Shown: in pieces, positions 1-10,567 of the stretch
Layout of the letters: each line of letters starts with the position of its first letter
How positions within the stretch are numbered: position 1 is the stretch's first letter
DNA from: Gemmatimonadota bacterium
GTDB lineage: Bacteria; Gemmatimonadota; Gemmatimonadetes; Gemmatimonadales; Gemmatimonadaceae
Direction of reading: 5' to 3'
Length of the DNA: 64,000 nucleotides
Assembly (NCBI GenBank): GCA_040389905.1
Contig: JAZJZK010000006.1
Coordinates: 52,882 to 116,881, forward strand
Notes under the pieces: generated by a model
Seen by the model: only the letters and a program-made list of their open reading frames with translations
Databases searched by the model: none
Told to the model about the DNA's origin: nothing
Made by a program: the position numbers and the translations under genes

Positions 1-77
1 TGAAACCTCACTTCGCCGAACCGCCGCGTTGGTCGGCCTCTCGAAGTAACGAGGCCACCCGCTACGACCCGTTCGAA

Positions 78-1076
78 TTACACTGCGTCGGTCGGTGGCG
101 CTGCCGGCGGCTCCTCGCGGCCCTTGAATGCGTCATTGAACGCCGATTTCGCGCGGTCGAATGCGTCACCAACACTCGCGAATCCAGCGTCCGCCTTGCC
201 GGAGTAGTAGCGCGCAGCATCAGAGAAATCGTCGCCGAGTCCCTGCTTCTTCTCGCCGCGCCGCGTGTAGGCGCCGGCGATGATGGCGTCGTACTCACCG
301 CTCGTACGCCAACGTTCCAGTTCAGCGGCACGCACCGTGTGGAAGGGATGATCACGAAACGCGGTATTGAACATCTTGAGCAGCTTGTCCCAGGTGTCGC
401 CACCGGCCTCGTACGTGCTCGCCTGTGCCATGAACGCGTCGACGCTCGAGGTGTCGCCAAAGTCGCGCCCGCCCGCCAAACGCATGAACGTGCTCTGCGC
501 GACGCCCTTGTCCTGGAGTGCGAGGAGCGCAGCGCGATCGCTCGAGAGCTCGCTCTTCCGATGCCACTCGAGCAGAGCGAGCTGGAAGGGGAGGAGCGCG
601 AGCCCGACGGGAATGAGCGCCATCGTCCCGACCGCCATGATGACCATCGCGAGCGTGCGATACGTCATGTGGTCGCTCATGATGTGGCCAAGCTCATGCG
701 CGAGGAGGAAGCGACGTTCGTCGTCGCTCTCGAGCAGTTCGAGCGCACCGGAGGTGAAGACGATGAACGGATCTTCGAAGCCGATCGCGTACGCGTTCAC
801 GTTCTGCGATTGGGTAACGTAGAGTTCCGGACGCTTGGGCCAATCCATCGTGCCGAGCACGTCGGTGAAGAGCGCGTGGAGTTTCGGTCGCTGGGTTTCG
901 CCTACCTGCACGGCGTTGGCGAGAAAGATCTGGCGCACGCGGCGTTCAGTGATGAATGTCGCGGCCTTGCGCACGACTTCATCGAATCCCGGGATCGCCC
1001 GCAAGGTGTTGAGCGCGGCGCGATCAGCGGGGTGTTCCCACGCGAGACTCGAGATCTGGGGTAGCGGGGTCGGCAT
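78..1076 (-). CDS. M48 family (HtpX/Ste24-like) zinc metallopeptidase
   Basis: HExxH motif LAHELGH, upstream NAYAIG, downstream ELSSDR and a TM segment. Start taken at ATG 1076; the ORF track uses TTG 1085. Confidence 0.85.
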   Translation of the reverse strand: MPTPLPQISSLAWEHPADRAALNTLRAIPGFDEVVRKAATFITERRVRQIFLANAVQVGETQRPKLHALFTDVLGTMDWPKRPELYVTQSQNVNAYAIGFEDPFIVFTSGALELLESDDERRFLLAHELGHIMSDHMTYRTLAMVIMAVGTMALIPVGLALLPFQLALLEWHRKSELSSDRAALLALQDKGVAQSTFMRLAGGRDFGDTSSVDAFMAQASTYEAGGDTWDKLLKMFNTAFRDHPFHTVRAAELERWRTSGEYDAIIAGAYTRRGEKKQGLGDDFSDAARYYSGKADAGFASVGDAFDRAKSAFNDAFKGREEPPAAPPTDAV

Positions 1077-1155
1077 CGGGCGCAAAGCTCCTGGACGGGG
1101 TGACCAGAGAGCCTACGCGCGCCCTCGCCGAAAAGTGTCAGCCACCTTTGAATGG

Positions 1156-1932
1156 CTACAGCTTAGTGGTACGACGGCGCCGGGCAAGGGCGAGGACGCC
1201 CGTGAGTCCCGTCGCGAACAGGACGAGGCTTGCCGGCTCGGGTGTCGCAACTTCCGCGTCCTGGTTGTTGACGGTGACCGAGAAATTGTCGATGCCGCCT
1301 ATCGTCGAATAGTTGCTCGCCGCACCTGAATTCGCGGACTCCACGCCGAATTCGATCAGGCCGCCGGAGGTCGAAAAATCGAGGGTCGCGGCCCCACAGG
1401 TGTAGTTCCCCCCAAATCCAAAAGTCGAGTAGATCTCGCACCAACCGGAAAGTGCCTCGGCCGGGTTGCTGACGTGTATCCAGCTCGATGACGGACCGGC
1501 GATGTTGTAGTCGATATTGGTCGGATCAGGGTTCGCGTCGCCCGGGGAGACGAAGTAGTGGCCGTTCTGGCGCGCGGTCGTCAGAAACGCGATCTGGTTG
1601 CTGGATTTTGCCCCAATGTCGTACGAGATCGCGAGACTCGTGATCGCACCCTGCGTCGACGGATCCCACCCGAATGGACTCGTATGCACCATGCCGGAAT
1701 AGCCGAAATAGACGTAGTTGCTGGTGCCCCAGTACGCGCCTGGATTACCGTCCGGTCCGTCCAGTGCGCCCGATCCGGAGTCTCCCCCGGTGTGGTGGAT
1801 CACCAGCGTGCTCGACCAACCCGACGTGAAATTGCCGTCAAAGAACGTCTGCGCGCGGACGGCGGACGCCGAGGCGGCGGTCAGCAGCAGGGCAGACGCG
1901 GCAACGCGCGCAGTACGGAGAGCTTTTTTCAC
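1156..1932 (-). CDS. PEP-CTERM sorting domain protein (secreted, surface)
   Basis: Signal peptide (V)KKALRTARVAASALLLTAASASAVRA. C-terminal ATPEPASLVLFATGLTGVLALARRRR. GTG start at 1932 preferred because the ORF-track ATG at 1989 lies inside the sigma-54 motif. Confidence 0.85.
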   Translation of the reverse strand: MKKALRTARVAASALLLTAASASAVRAQTFFDGNFTSGWSSTLVIHHTGGDSGSGALDGPDGNPGAYWGTSNYVYFGYSGMVHTSPFGWDPSTQGAITSLAISYDIGAKSSNQIAFLTTARQNGHYFVSPGDANPDPTNIDYNIAGPSSSWIHVSNPAEALSGWCEIYSTFGFGGNYTCGAATLDFSTSGGLIEFGVESANSGAASNYSTIGGIDNFSVTVNNQDAEVATPEPASLVLFATGLTGVLALARRRRTTKL

Positions 1933-1977
1933 GTCGGATTTCTCGCTCGGGATTGAGGCCTTCACCGAGAAATGGCA

Positions 1978-1994
1978 CGCAATCGACATGCCGT
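1978..1994 (-). promoter_or_regulatory. sigma-54 (-24/-12) promoter of PEP-CTERM gene 1
   Basis: Minus strand ACGGCATGTCGATTGCG is GG-N10-GC with GGCA and TTGC. Confidence 0.6.
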
Positions 1995-2141
1995 TTTTTC
2001 GTGACTCAGAGAGCCAGAAACCTCTGTGAAATCACGACTTAAGGCGCCTTCACGGACCAGATAACACCTAGATAACGCGCACGCGCACAACAGTCTGTCG
2101 CGGCGCTACAACAGGTCGGAGCGAGCTGATCCGCTTGGCGG

Positions 2142-3311
2142 TCAAACCACGTGGAACGCGTGCTCCAGATCGGCGAGCAAATCACCCACGTCCTCGACCC
2201 CACAACTCAACCGGATCAACCCTTCGCCAATGCCAAGCTGCGCACGTCGCGCCGGCTCGACGCTCGCGTGGGTCATCGACGCGGGATGGCTGATCAGGCT
2301 TTCCACCCCGCCCAGGGACTCAGCCAGGGAAAACAGGCGACACCGGCTGAGGACTGCATTTGCCCGTACCTTGGTATCCAGGTCGACCGAGATCATGCCC
2401 CCGAAGCCGGACATCTGCCGTTTCGCCAGCTCGTGCTGTGGATGCGTCGGGAGGCCGGGATAGATGACTCGCTCCTCGCCAAGCCGCTCCGTCAGCCAGG
2501 CGGCAATCTGTCGGCCATTCGCGTCGTGCCTCGGCATCCGGAGGTGGAGTGTCTTCGTGCCGCGCAGCGCCAGCCACGAGTCGAATGGTCCAGGGACGGC
2601 GCCGGCCGCGTTGAGAATGAACTGCAGGCGCGTGGCCAGGTCGTCGTCATTCAGGATGGCGATGCCGCCGATCATGTCCGAATGGCCGTTCAGGTACTTC
2701 GTTGTCGAGTGGTAGATGATGTCGGCGCCGTACTCCAGCGGTCTTTGAAAAAAGGGAGAGGCGAACGTGTTATCGACCAGGAGCAGCGCGTTCCCGCGGT
2801 GCGCGATGTCGGCCGCTGCCTGGAGATCGCAGATGCGCATCAGCGGATTGGTCGGCGTCTCCACAAAGACGAGGCGGGTCGCCGGCGTCATGGCGTCCTC
2901 GATGTGCTGCGGATCGCGTGTATCGACCCACGAGAACGTCAGGCCATAATTCTGGAGGATCTTGTCGAACAGGCGGAACACTCCGCCGTACAAGTTCTCT
3001 CCGCAGACGATGTGGTCGCCCGCCTTGAAGAGCTTCATGATTGAATCGACGCAACCCATCCCCGAGCTGAAGGCGAATCCATGGCGCCCGCCTTCCAGTG
3101 CGGCTACGTTGCGCTCGAGTGCTTCCCGCGTCGGGTTCTTGCCACGGGCGTACTCGTATCCCTTATTCTGCCCCAGCGCGTCCTGCACATACGTCGAAGT
3201 GAGATAGACCGGCGTCATGATGGCGCCCGCCAACGGTTCTGGTCGTTGTCCCGCGTGGATCGCGCGGGTCGCGAAGGCCGGGGTGAGGTCGTCGTCGAAA
3301 ACCCGTGTCAT
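2142..3311 (-). CDS. Cystathionine gamma-synthase/gamma-lyase family PLP enzyme
   Basis: YARGKNPT, ETPTNP, DNTF, PLP lysine motif HSTTKYLNGHSD, AESLGGVESL. Start MTRVFDD at 3311. Confidence 0.9.
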   Translation of the reverse strand: MTRVFDDDLTPAFATRAIHAGQRPEPLAGAIMTPVYLTSTYVQDALGQNKGYEYARGKNPTREALERNVAALEGGRHGFAFSSGMGCVDSIMKLFKAGDHIVCGENLYGGVFRLFDKILQNYGLTFSWVDTRDPQHIEDAMTPATRLVFVETPTNPLMRICDLQAAADIAHRGNALLLVDNTFASPFFQRPLEYGADIIYHSTTKYLNGHSDMIGGIAILNDDDLATRLQFILNAAGAVPGPFDSWLALRGTKTLHLRMPRHDANGRQIAAWLTERLGEERVIYPGLPTHPQHELAKRQMSGFGGMISVDLDTKVRANAVLSRCRLFSLAESLGGVESLISHPASMTHASVEPARRAQLGIGEGLIRLSCGVEDVGDLLADLEHAFHVV

Positions 3312-3424
3312 GCCGATACTACTCCGAGTCGAGTCATGCCGGGCAAGATAGCGGTAGGGCCGAAGGCGAGCGAGGACGCTCGGTGCTGGATTCGACGTCA
3401 AGGACCAGAAGCTGGCGCGAGCCC

Positions 3425-4489
3425 ATGTCTGAAGCAGGTACGATGCAGCAATACTGTTTGATCGTGGATGACGAGCCTCGTCTTCGACAGGTGCTGGTGC
3501 ACCTCATGCGAAACGACGGATTCCTCTGCCTCGAAGCCGGCAACGGTGAGGAGGCGCTCGCGCAACTCGAGCATCACTCGGTCACGCTCGTGATGAGCGA
3601 CCTGCGCATGCCAAAGATGGATGGTCTCGAGTTGCTGCGTCGCGTTCGTGGCCAGTGGCCCGACACCGCGGTGGTGATGATTACGGCGGTCGCCGATGTC
3701 GAAGTCGCGGTGAGTTGCCTCGCGATCGGCGCAATGGACTATCTCACGAAGCCGTTCCATCTCGAAGAGGTCCGTGCACGCGTGGCACAGGCGCTCGAAA
3801 AACGGCGGCTCGTCGTGGAAAACCGTGGCTACCAGGAAAGCCTCCAGGAAAAGGTCGCGGTGCAGGCGCGGCGGCTGGAAGAGTTGTTTCTCGCCAGCGT
3901 GCAGTCGCTCGCCGAGGCGTTGGAAGTCAAGGACCCCTACACGCGCGGGCACTCGATTCGCGTCAGCCACTATTCGCTCGTGCTGGCGCGCGAACTGGGC
4001 CTGGACGGCGAGCAGTTGCGCCAGATCGAACTCGGCGGGCACGTGCATGACATCGGGAAAATCGGCGTGCGCGAGGATGTGCTGAACAAGCCCGGCAAAC
4101 TGACGGATGCGGAGTACGAGCACATCATGACGCATCCCGTCGTCGGTTGGCGCATTCTCGCGCCGCTGCTTGGCGAGACGCCGCTGGCGCTCAACATCGT
4201 GCGCTCACACCACGAGCGCTACGACGGCCGAGGTGTCCCGGATCGCCTCGCGGGTACCGCGATCCCATTCGAGGCGCGCATCGCGGCGGTTGCTGACTCC
4301 TTCGATGCGATGACGTCCGACCGCCCGTATCGGCCCGACGGCATGAGCATCGAGTCCGCCGTCGCGGAGATCGTGCGATGCAGCGGGGCACAATTCGATC
4401 CGATCGTCGTGCGCGCGATGATCGCGGCCGTGGATGCCGGGCGCATCGAGCTCGTTCCGCGCGTGCCGTCGTTCATCGGAGCGAGTTGA
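3425..4489 (+). CDS. Response regulator with HD-GYP-type phosphohydrolase domain
   Basis: REC domain (IVDDE, SDLRMP, KPF) plus HD domain (YTRGHS, HDIGKIG, HHERYDGRGVP, ADSFDAM, QFDP). Confidence 0.9.
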   Translation: MSEAGTMQQYCLIVDDEPRLRQVLVHLMRNDGFLCLEAGNGEEALAQLEHHSVTLVMSDLRMPKMDGLELLRRVRGQWPDTAVVMITAVADVEVAVSCLAIGAMDYLTKPFHLEEVRARVAQALEKRRLVVENRGYQESLQEKVAVQARRLEELFLASVQSLAEALEVKDPYTRGHSIRVSHYSLVLARELGLDGEQLRQIELGGHVHDIGKIGVREDVLNKPGKLTDAEYEHIMTHPVVGWRILAPLLGETPLALNIVRSHHERYDGRGVPDRLAGTAIPFEARIAAVADSFDAMTSDRPYRPDGMSIESAVAEIVRCSGAQFDPIVVRAMIAAVDAGRIELVPRVPSFIGAS

Positions 4490-5402
4490 TCCCCTCGCCG
4501 GGCCCGTGATACTGGTGTAGTTCGACTCCGGTCGCATCGAGCCAACGCTCGCGCAGTTCGCGTGAGATGTCGCGGTTGCGACAGATGCACACCCGCAGAT
4601 CGTTGTTGCGCAGATCCAACTCGCGGCTGGAAACGGCATCGAGCAGGTCGCGGTAGAGCGAGGCGTCGCCGGCGATCTGCGTCACGCCGTCGGCGAGCAC
4701 GCCCGCCGCCTCGGCTGGATGAAAAGCCGCCAGCGTGGTGACGCGCGCGCCGGCCAACAGCGGTGCGCACGCCGTGACGATGAGTTCGAACGGGTATGTC
4801 CATGGACGCAACGCGAGCACGTGATCGTCCGCAGAGTTGCCGAGCGCGAGGTTCGCCGCTCGCGAATCAGCGAGGAGGTCCGCATGCGTCATGATGGTCG
4901 CGCGCGACACGTGGTCCGCGCGGTCGTAGATGACAACGGCCTCTTCATCACTCCCCGCGACGCCGAGTTCTCCGTCGATCGAAAGCCCGTGGTGCGAGCC
5001 GAGGTCGACCTCCTTCACCAGCCCAGCGGAAACCACGCGCGCGATGCGTGGGGCGTCGTCCAGCAGCACCGCCGGCATGCCCTCGGGAACACCGCGGAAC
5101 AATGACGATTCGGTAAATACGGCGCCGACTCCAGCATCGGCGCACTGAAAGGCGATGTCCTCGGACGTGGCACGCGGGTCGATGAGCACAGCACCGCGCC
5201 CTTCGCTGGCAGCGAGTGCGGTGATGAATGCCGGAGATGGCGGAAGGAGGATCGCGGCGCGCCGTCCGTTGAGCGCGCGGACCACGGTCGCGCTGCGCTG
5301 GAGGAGCGTGAGCCCCGCCGCGACGAGTTGCTGCGCTTCGAACTCAGCAACCGGAGCGACGGTGCGTATGCGGCCGTTTCCAGCCGCAACGGCCAGCGTC
5401 AC
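4473..5402 (-). CDS. Degenerate AMP-binding (ANL superfamily-like) protein
   Basis: Layout resembles an acyl-CoA synthetase N-terminal domain (AVVIY..THADL, PLLAGARV, GVELHQYHG). P-loop is degenerate and the C-terminal subdomain is absent. Confidence 0.55.
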   Translation of the reverse strand: MTLAVAAGNGRIRTVAPVAEFEAQQLVAAGLTLLQRSATVVRALNGRRAAILLPPSPAFITALAASEGRGAVLIDPRATSEDIAFQCADAGVGAVFTESSLFRGVPEGMPAVLLDDAPRIARVVSAGLVKEVDLGSHHGLSIDGELGVAGSDEEAVVIYDRADHVSRATIMTHADLLADSRAANLALGNSADDHVLALRPWTYPFELIVTACAPLLAGARVTTLAAFHPAEAAGVLADGVTQIAGDASLYRDLLDAVSSRELDLRNNDLRVCICRNRDISRELRERWLDATGVELHQYHGPGEGINSLR

Positions 5403-5419
5403 GAGTGAAAGCGGGTTGC

Positions 5420-7177
5420 TCAGGTGTCGAATCGCTCCAGCGATGACTTGAGGCGCTGCGCGACCTGCGCGAGTTGTTCGCTCGATGCCGCGACACTCGA
5501 CATCGCGGCGTTCTGCTCCTGCACGACCGCACTCACCTCGAGTGCCGTCGCGGCATTCATGTCGGCGGAGGACGCGAGCGCTTCGATCTCATGCGCGAGC
5601 GACTCGGTTTCCGTGCGCTGCGCGTCCGCCGCTTCCACGATGCGATCGACCGCCGCGCGCGCGCTGGCAATCTCCCGGTCGATCTGCGTCAGCGCCTCAG
5701 CGGACGCACGGATCACCGCCTCGCCGGTGGTGACGCGGTCGCTCGCCTCGAGGATCTGCTCTTCCGTCCGCACTGCGCTCGTGCGGATCTCGGCCGCGAG
5801 CTTTCGAATCTGCGCGAGCGCCCGCGCACTCTCGGCCGCGAGTTTGCGCACCTCATCGGCGACGACGGCGAAGCCTTTGCCGTGCTCGCCCGCGCGCGAC
5901 GCTTCGATTGCCGCGTTGAGGGCGAGCAGATTCGTCTGGCGGGCAATCGAGCCGATGACGTCGGTGATCTTGCCGATGCGTTGCGACTTCTCTCCCAGTT
6001 CCACGACGGAAGGAACCGCGGCGCTCGTGACCGCGCTGATCTCGGTCATCGCCTGTAGTGCCTCGCTCGCGGCGATCGTGCCGCGGCGTGTGGTGCGCTG
6101 CGCGACGTCGGCGGCAGAGCGCGCCTGCTCGGCATGACTTGCTACTGCGGCGGAGCGGCTTGCCACGCGACTCGACGCATCCGATGCCTTGTTCACACCC
6201 TTCTTTTGCATCGCGGCGGCATCCGCAATGGCCACCGCGGCGCCGGATACCTGCTGTGTCGATGCGGTCATCTGCTCCGCGCTCGCCGCGAGTTGCTCCG
6301 CCGTCGCTGCCACGTCGATCGCGCTGCCGCCGAGGTCGGCCATGAGGATACGGAGCCCGCGGGTCATTTCGCGAAAGCCGGACGCGAGGTCACCGACCTC
6401 ATCGTCGGACTCGAAGGTCAGTTCATGGCGAAGACGTCCTTCCGCGACGTGCTCGGACTGGATGCGGAGGTTCGTCAGTCCCCGTGTCATCCGGCGTGCC
6501 GTCCAGAAGGCGAAGGTCACCGAAATCAGCAGGGCCACGAGGGCGAACAGCGCGAGTTCCACCTCGGCCGAGCGTGCGTCGGCCAGCAGGGCGTCAGCGC
6601 GGCTCGTGGTGATGACGGCTCCCGCGACGCGCCGGTCAGCCGCGAGGACCGGCGTGGCCACCGTGATGACGCTCTCGCCATCGAGGTCGTGGAGGCCGGT
6701 GGCGCCTGGCCGTCCGGAAATGAGTGCGTCATCGAGTCCCGGCGGCGCTGTCCATTCTCCTCCGGTCCCACCGGCCGCATCTCCGCGCGCAACGTACCGA
6801 TACTTACCAGCGCTGTCCCGAACAACCAGGTCGATGAACAGACCTTCGTCGGCGCCGACGAGCGATTGTGCATTCTCGGCACGGATGCGAAGGAGTGGAT
6901 CGCGAGCGACCGCTTCGGCGCTGTCGAGAGTGGAGGGGGAGAGAAGGAGGGGGGGAATCGACGCGGGCAGCTGCGCCACCGCCGCCCGACCGATCGAGAG
7001 CAGTCGCTCGGCCTGCGCACGCGACAGCGACGAGCGGACGTGTCCGTACACGGGCGCCAGAAGGATGGCGAACGTGACGAGCACGGTGCCGCCGGCGAGG
7101 GCGGCCATCTTGAGCCGCACGGGAAATCGGGTGGCGGCGCGCAGGGGGACTATGGGACGAGGTAAGGGAAAAGACAC
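5420..7177 (-). CDS. Methyl-accepting chemotaxis protein
   Basis: Two TM segments, HAMP (DEVGDLA) and MCP signature [37 protein letters not shown]. Exact start uncertain. Confidence 0.93.
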   Translation of the reverse strand: MSFPLPRPIVPLRAATRFPVRLKMAALAGGTVLVTFAILLAPVYGHVRSSLSRAQAERLLSIGRAAVAQLPASIPPLLLSPSTLDSAEAVARDPLLRIRAENAQSLVGADEGLFIDLVVRDSAGKYRYVARGDAAGGTGGEWTAPPGLDDALISGRPGATGLHDLDGESVITVATPVLAADRRVAGAVITTSRADALLADARSAEVELALFALVALLISVTFAFWTARRMTRGLTNLRIQSEHVAEGRLRHELTFESDDEVGDLASGFREMTRGLRILMADLGGSAIDVAATAEQLAASAEQMTASTQQVSGAAVAIADAAAMQKKGVNKASDASSRVASRSAAVASHAEQARSAADVAQRTTRRGTIAASEALQAMTEISAVTSAAVPSVVELGEKSQRIGKITDVIGSIARQTNLLALNAAIEASRAGEHGKGFAVVADEVRKLAAESARALAQIRKLAAEIRTSAVRTEEQILEASDRVTTGEAVIRASAEALTQIDREIASARAAVDRIVEAADAQRTETESLAHEIEALASSADMNAATALEVSAVVQEQNAAMSSVAASSEQLAQVAQRLKSSLERFDT

Positions 7178-7310
7178 GAATCGGGAGCGCCCGCGAGTGC
7201 GTGGCGAGACGAGAAGTTACCGGTCGTGAATGGGTGTGGACAAGCGTCGCGTGAAGCTTGCCCAGTCATGGGCCCGGAATAGCTTTCGGCTTCACCGTGA
7301 CGGAGGATTC

Positions 7311-8693
7311 ATGGCGCAGGGTAGTACGGGCGGGGAATTGATGGTGAGCGTGTCGGGAATTCGCGGCCGTGTGGGCGGTGGCCTGACCCCGGAAGTGGTG
7401 GCGCGGTACGCAGCGGCTTTCGGCGCGTGGTCCATTTCCCAGGGCCCGTCACGTCAGATCGTGGTGGGTCGCGACAGCCGTGTCTCGGGGGCAATGTTTC
7501 ATCGCATCGTCGTCGGCACACTCCAGCTTGTTGGCTGCGACGTGATCGATATCGGCCTCACTACAACGCCGGGAACGCAGCTGGCCGTCGAATATCATCA
7601 TGCCGCGGGCGGCCTGATGCTGTCGGCGAGCCACAATCCCATCGAGTGGAATGCGCTCAAGTGCATTGGCTCGACCGGCCTGTTCCTGGAAGCGCACGAG
7701 GGTTTGGCGATGCGCGCGCTGGTCGAGTCCGGAATTCCCTATGCAACGTGGGACGGAATCGGGAGCGTCGTTTCGGATGAAGCGGTCGCCATTCGGCACA
7801 TCGATGCGGTCCTTGCCATTCCGTACTTGGACGTCGACGCGATTCGGGGTCGCAAGTTCAAGGTTGCGTTGGATTGCGTGCGCGGGGCGGGTTCCACGAT
7901 CATGCCGGCGTTGCTCGAGTGGCTCGGCTGTGAGGTCGTGGGGATGAACATGGAGCCGGATGGCCGCTTTCCGCGCGAGCCGGAACCGATTCCCCAGAAC
8001 CTTCGGGAGTTCGAGGCATTCGTTGCGCATACTGGGGCCGACATCGGTTTCGCCGTCGACCCCGATGTCGACCGGCTGGCGCTCGTCAGCAACGAAGGGC
8101 GCGCCATCGGAGAAGACTACACGCTCGCGCTCGCGGCCAAGCTCGTCCTGCGGCACCGGAAGGGACCGGTCGTGACGAACCTGTCCACGAGCCTGTTGAT
8201 CGACGACGTTGCCCGTGAGGCAGGGGTCGAGGCGGTTCGCGCGCCTGTCGGTGAAGTGAACGTCGCGGTTCGCATGCGGGAGCTCGGTGCGCCAATCGGC
8301 GGCGAAGGAAATGGCGGAGTGATCCTGCCCGAAGTGCATCTCGGACGCGATGCGCCGATCGGCGCGGCCCTGCTCCTGCAATTGTTGGTCGAGGAGAATT
8401 GCCCGCTCTCGGAGATCGTGGCGCGATTGCCGCGCTACGTGATCGTCAAGGACAAGCTCGATCGTCCGAACGTGCCGTTGGATACGGTGTATGCCGCCCT
8501 CCGTACCGCGTTTGCGGATGCGAAGGTCGACACGCAGGACGGACTTCGGCTGTCATGGCCGGACCGGTGGGTGCATGTGCGTCCCTCCGGAACGGAGCCG
8601 ATCGTGCGGGTGATTGCAGAGGGGCCAGATGAAGAATCTGCGCGAGAACTGGTACGGCGGTCGCGCGAGCCGCTGGACGCCCTGCGGGGCTGA
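7311..8693 (+). CDS. glmM: Phosphoglucosamine mutase (phosphohexomutase family)
   Basis: SGIRG, SASHNP phosphoserine loop, DPDVDR metal loop, GGEGNGG, RPSGTEP. GGAGG SD before ATG 7311. Directly upstream of glmS. Confidence 0.8.
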   Translation: MAQGSTGGELMVSVSGIRGRVGGGLTPEVVARYAAAFGAWSISQGPSRQIVVGRDSRVSGAMFHRIVVGTLQLVGCDVIDIGLTTTPGTQLAVEYHHAAGGLMLSASHNPIEWNALKCIGSTGLFLEAHEGLAMRALVESGIPYATWDGIGSVVSDEAVAIRHIDAVLAIPYLDVDAIRGRKFKVALDCVRGAGSTIMPALLEWLGCEVVGMNMEPDGRFPREPEPIPQNLREFEAFVAHTGADIGFAVDPDVDRLALVSNEGRAIGEDYTLALAAKLVLRHRKGPVVTNLSTSLLIDDVAREAGVEAVRAPVGEVNVAVRMRELGAPIGGEGNGGVILPEVHLGRDAPIGAALLLQLLVEENCPLSEIVARLPRYVIVKDKLDRPNVPLDTVYAALRTAFADAKVDTQDGLRLSWPDRWVHVRPSGTEPIVRVIAEGPDEESARELVRRSREPLDALRG

Positions 8694-8731
8694 GCGGAAC
8701 GCGGCTGGATCACTCACGGGAGAATGAGACC

Positions 8732-10561
8732 ATGTGCGGAATTGTTGGATTCGTCGGGACACGTAGCGCGACGACGTTGCTCGTTGACGGACTGAAGCGA
8801 CTTGAATACCGGGGCTATGACTCGGCCGGCGTGTCGCTCATGAACGGAAACGGTATCGTCGAAACGAGGAAAGCGAAGGGCAAGATCGCCATGCTCGAAC
8901 AGGCGATCGGCGACAAGCCCATCCACGGGCACGTTGGTATTGCCCACACGCGGTGGGCGACGCACGGCCCACCGAACGAGTGCAACGCGCACCCGCATCA
9001 CGACTGCACCGGCGCCGTCTCCGTCGTTCACAACGGCATCATCGAGAACTATGGTCCCCTCCGCGACATGCTTCGGAAAACGGGGCACACGTTCGTGTCG
9101 GAGACGGATACGGAGGTTCTCGCGCACCTTATCGAAGCGGCCTTCGACGGCAATCTCGAGGAAGCGGTGATCGACGCACTGGCGCTCGTGGAGGGCACGT
9201 ACGGCATCGCCGTGATTTCGGCGAAGGATCCCGACAAGCTCGTGGCGGCGCGCAAGGGGAGTCCGCTGCTGATCGGCCTCGGCGATGGCGAGAACTACAT
9301 CGCCAGCGATGTGGCCGCGATCCTTCAGCACACGCGGCACGTGGTCTATCTGGACGATGGCGAGATGGCGGTCCTTCGGAAAGACGACTACCGCGTCATG
9401 GACCTGAACGCGAAGACCGTCAAGAAGCGTGTGAGCCGTATCGAATGGGACCTCGATCAGATCGAGAAGGGTGGCTTCGATCACTTCATGTTGAAGGAGA
9501 TCATGGAGCAGCCGCAGACGATCCAGAACACCATGCGGGGCCGCTCCGTCGACGAGGATGGTTTTTCGAAGCTCGGAGGCTTGAATCTCTCGAAGGAAGA
9601 GCTTCAGCACTTCGACCACATCATCATTACCGCGTGCGGGACGAGCTGGCACAGCGCGCTCATTGGGAAAATGATGATCGAGGAGCACGCACGGATTCGC
9701 TGCGAGGTTGAGTACGCGTCCGAGTTCCGGTACCGGAATCCCATCGTCACCGACAAGACGCTGTGCATCGTGATCTCCCAGTCCGGCGAGACGGCGGACA
9801 CGCTCGCCGCAATGCGCGAAGCGAAGCGGCGCGGTGCCAAGACGCTCGGTCTCGTGAATCAGGTGGGATCGACCATCGCGCGAGAGGATGATGGCGGCAT
9901 CTATCTGCATGCGGGGCCCGAGATCGGCGTCGCGTCCACCAAGGCGTTCACCAGCCAGGTGGTCGCACTGGCGTTGCTCACGCTCAAGCTCGGCCGCTTG
10001 CGCACGATGTCGATCATGCAGGGCCGAGAGGTGACACAGGCGCTGGACCGGCTTCCCGCGCAGATTCAGAGCATTCTCGACCGGGCGGAGGAAATCGAGA
10101 AGATCGCGATGGCATTCGTCGACGCGACGAACTTTCTGTATCTCGGCCGCGGCTACAATTTCCCCGTGGCGCTCGAAGGTGCGCTGAAGTTGAAGGAGAT
10201 CAGTTACATCCACGCCGAGGGGTATCCGGCCGCCGAGATGAAGCACGGGCCCATCGCGCTCATCGACGCTGACATGCCGGTCGTCTTCATCGCGCCGCAC
10301 GACTCGGTGTTCGACAAGGTCGTGTCGAACATTCAGGAGGTGAAGGCCCGTGGTGGCCGGGTGATCGCCATCACCAGCCGCGACGAGCCGGCACTCGAAG
10401 GCATCATCGACTACGAGTTCCGTGTTCCGGAAACGATCGACATGCTGAACCCCGTGTTGTCTGCGATCCCCTTGCAGTTGCTGGCGTACTACATCGCCGC
10501 GAGGCGAGGGCTAAACGTCGATCAGCCGAGGAACCTGGCAAAGTCCGTGACCGTCGAATAG
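8732..10561 (+). CDS. glmS: Glutamine-fructose-6-phosphate transaminase (isomerizing)
   Basis: MCGIVG, LEYRGYDSAG, HTRWATHG, SQSGETADT, C-terminal PRNLAKSVTVE. Confidence 0.98.
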   Translation: MCGIVGFVGTRSATTLLVDGLKRLEYRGYDSAGVSLMNGNGIVETRKAKGKIAMLEQAIGDKPIHGHVGIAHTRWATHGPPNECNAHPHHDCTGAVSVVHNGIIENYGPLRDMLRKTGHTFVSETDTEVLAHLIEAAFDGNLEEAVIDALALVEGTYGIAVISAKDPDKLVAARKGSPLLIGLGDGENYIASDVAAILQHTRHVVYLDDGEMAVLRKDDYRVMDLNAKTVKKRVSRIEWDLDQIEKGGFDHFMLKEIMEQPQTIQNTMRGRSVDEDGFSKLGGLNLSKEELQHFDHIIITACGTSWHSALIGKMMIEEHARIRCEVEYASEFRYRNPIVTDKTLCIVISQSGETADTLAAMREAKRRGAKTLGLVNQVGSTIAREDDGGIYLHAGPEIGVASTKAFTSQVVALALLTLKLGRLRTMSIMQGREVTQALDRLPAQIQSILDRAEEIEKIAMAFVDATNFLYLGRGYNFPVALEGALKLKEISYIHAEGYPAAEMKHGPIALIDADMPVVFIAPHDSVFDKVVSNIQEVKARGGRVIAITSRDEPALEGIIDYEFRVPETIDMLNPVLSAIPLQLLAYYIAARRGLNVDQPRNLAKSVTVE

Positions 10562-10567
10562 GCCGTC

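Noticed and set aside
8694..8731. glmS ribozyme
   Set aside because: Only 38 nt separate glmM and glmS, too short for the ribozyme.
8714..10300. Long antisense and alternate-frame ORFs (e.g. 528 aa opposite glmS, 638 aa opposite lon)
   Set aside because: Expected shadows of high-GC codon bias. They lie opposite well-supported genes and show no motifs.
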